In this document: one piece after another, positions 63,301-64,000 of the stretch
Layout of the letters: each line of letters opens with the position of its first letter
Numbering within the stretch: position 1 is the stretch's first letter
DNA from: Dendrobates tinctorius
Lineage: Eukaryota
DNA length: 64,000 nt
Assembly (NCBI RefSeq): GCF_039654945.1
Contig: NW_027362160.1
Coordinates: 248,001 to 312,000, forward strand
Reading direction: 5' to 3'
Position numbers and translations under genes: made by a program
The notes under the pieces: generated by a model
Seen by the model: the letters and a program-made list of their open reading frames with translations, nothing else
Told to the model about the DNA's origin: nothing
The model's database searches: none

Positions 63301-64000
63301 GGTGGTGACCGGCTGCACCATGTGGTCGCTCCTCACTATATACAGACCTGAGCCTTCTCCAGTCCGGTGCTGGCATCAGATGGATGGTGACCGGCTGCAC
63401 CATGTGGTCGCTTCTCACTATATACAGACCTGGGCCTTCTCCAGTCCGGTGCTGGCATCAGTTGGGTGATTACCGGCTGCACCATGTGGTCGGTCCTCGC
63501 TATATACAGACCTGGGCCTTTTCCAGTCCGGTGCTGGCATCAGATGGGTGGTGACCAGCTATACCATCTGGTCATTCCTCACTGTATACAGACCTGAGCC
63601 TTCTCCAGTCCGGTGCTGGCATCAGATGGGTGGTGACTGGCTGCACCATGTGGTCGCTCCTAACTATATACAGACCTGGGCCTTCTCCAGTCCGGTGCTG
63701 GCATCAGATGGGTGGTGACCGGCTGCACCATGTGGTCAGTCCTCGCTACATACAGACCTGGGCCTTCTCCAGTCCGGAGCTGGCATCAGATGGGTGGTGA
63801 CCGGCTGCACCATGTGGTCGGTCCTCCCTATATACTGACCTGGGCCTTCTCCAGTCTGGTGCTGGCATCAGATGAGTGGTGACTGGCTGCACCATGTGGT
63901 CGCTCCTCACTATATACAGACCTGGGCCTTCTCCAGTCCGGTGCTGGCATCAGATGGGTGGTGACCGGCTGCGCCATGTGGTCAGTCCTCGCTACATACA
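60378..64000. repeat. 82-bp tandem repeat, at least 44 copies, running off the window
   Basis: Unit CTCACTATATACAGACCTGGGCCTTCTCCAGTCCGGTGCTGGCATCAGATGGGTGGTGACCGGCTGCACCATGTGGTCGCTC; period checked at 60423/60505. Confidence 0.98.

Noticed and set aside
676-64000. CRISPR arrays
   Set aside because: All arrays are head-to-tail tandem units with no unique spacers, there are no cas genes, and the context is eukaryotic.

Overview
Vertebrate genomic DNA, most likely from a frog (inferred from the repeat repertoire and the short p31comet N-terminus); it is not prokaryotic. Host genes: MAD2L1BP/p31comet (+; CpG promoter ~18.9-19.1 kb, coding exons 26071-26286 and 27390-27914), the first coding exon of TCTE1/DRC5 (+; 57616-57790, with RFX X-boxes upstream), and a CpG promoter with a minus-strand splice donor at the window start (gene not identifiable here). 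The rest is repeats: about 25 kb of tandem arrays (units of 26, 30, 30, 32, ~33, 38, 45, 54 and 82 bp) plus nested mobile elements. These include two divergently oriented Tf1/sushi-type chromoviral Gypsy elements (one carrying an L2 insertion), two Tc1 elements, hAT and Harbinger MITEs (one carrying telomere-like repeats), a decayed L1, a CR1 interrupted by a Helitron-like insert, a Gmr1/SCAN-type Gypsy remnant with inverted ends, and Penelope-like fragments. All ORFs of several hundred to ~1800 aa that lie over the arrays are artefacts. Main observations: (1) a self-priming signature in the Gypsy LTR; (2) a Pol C-terminal extension encoded in U3 that stops inside the TATA box in two diverged copies; (3) a 45-bp minisatellite that appears to multiply the MAD2L1BP exon-1 splice donor about 110 times; (4) a MAAPEAA-stop relic matching the mammalian p31comet N-terminus; (5) arrays that begin about one unit from a hAT insertion. 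Comparisons to known proteins are from memory and were not run as searches.
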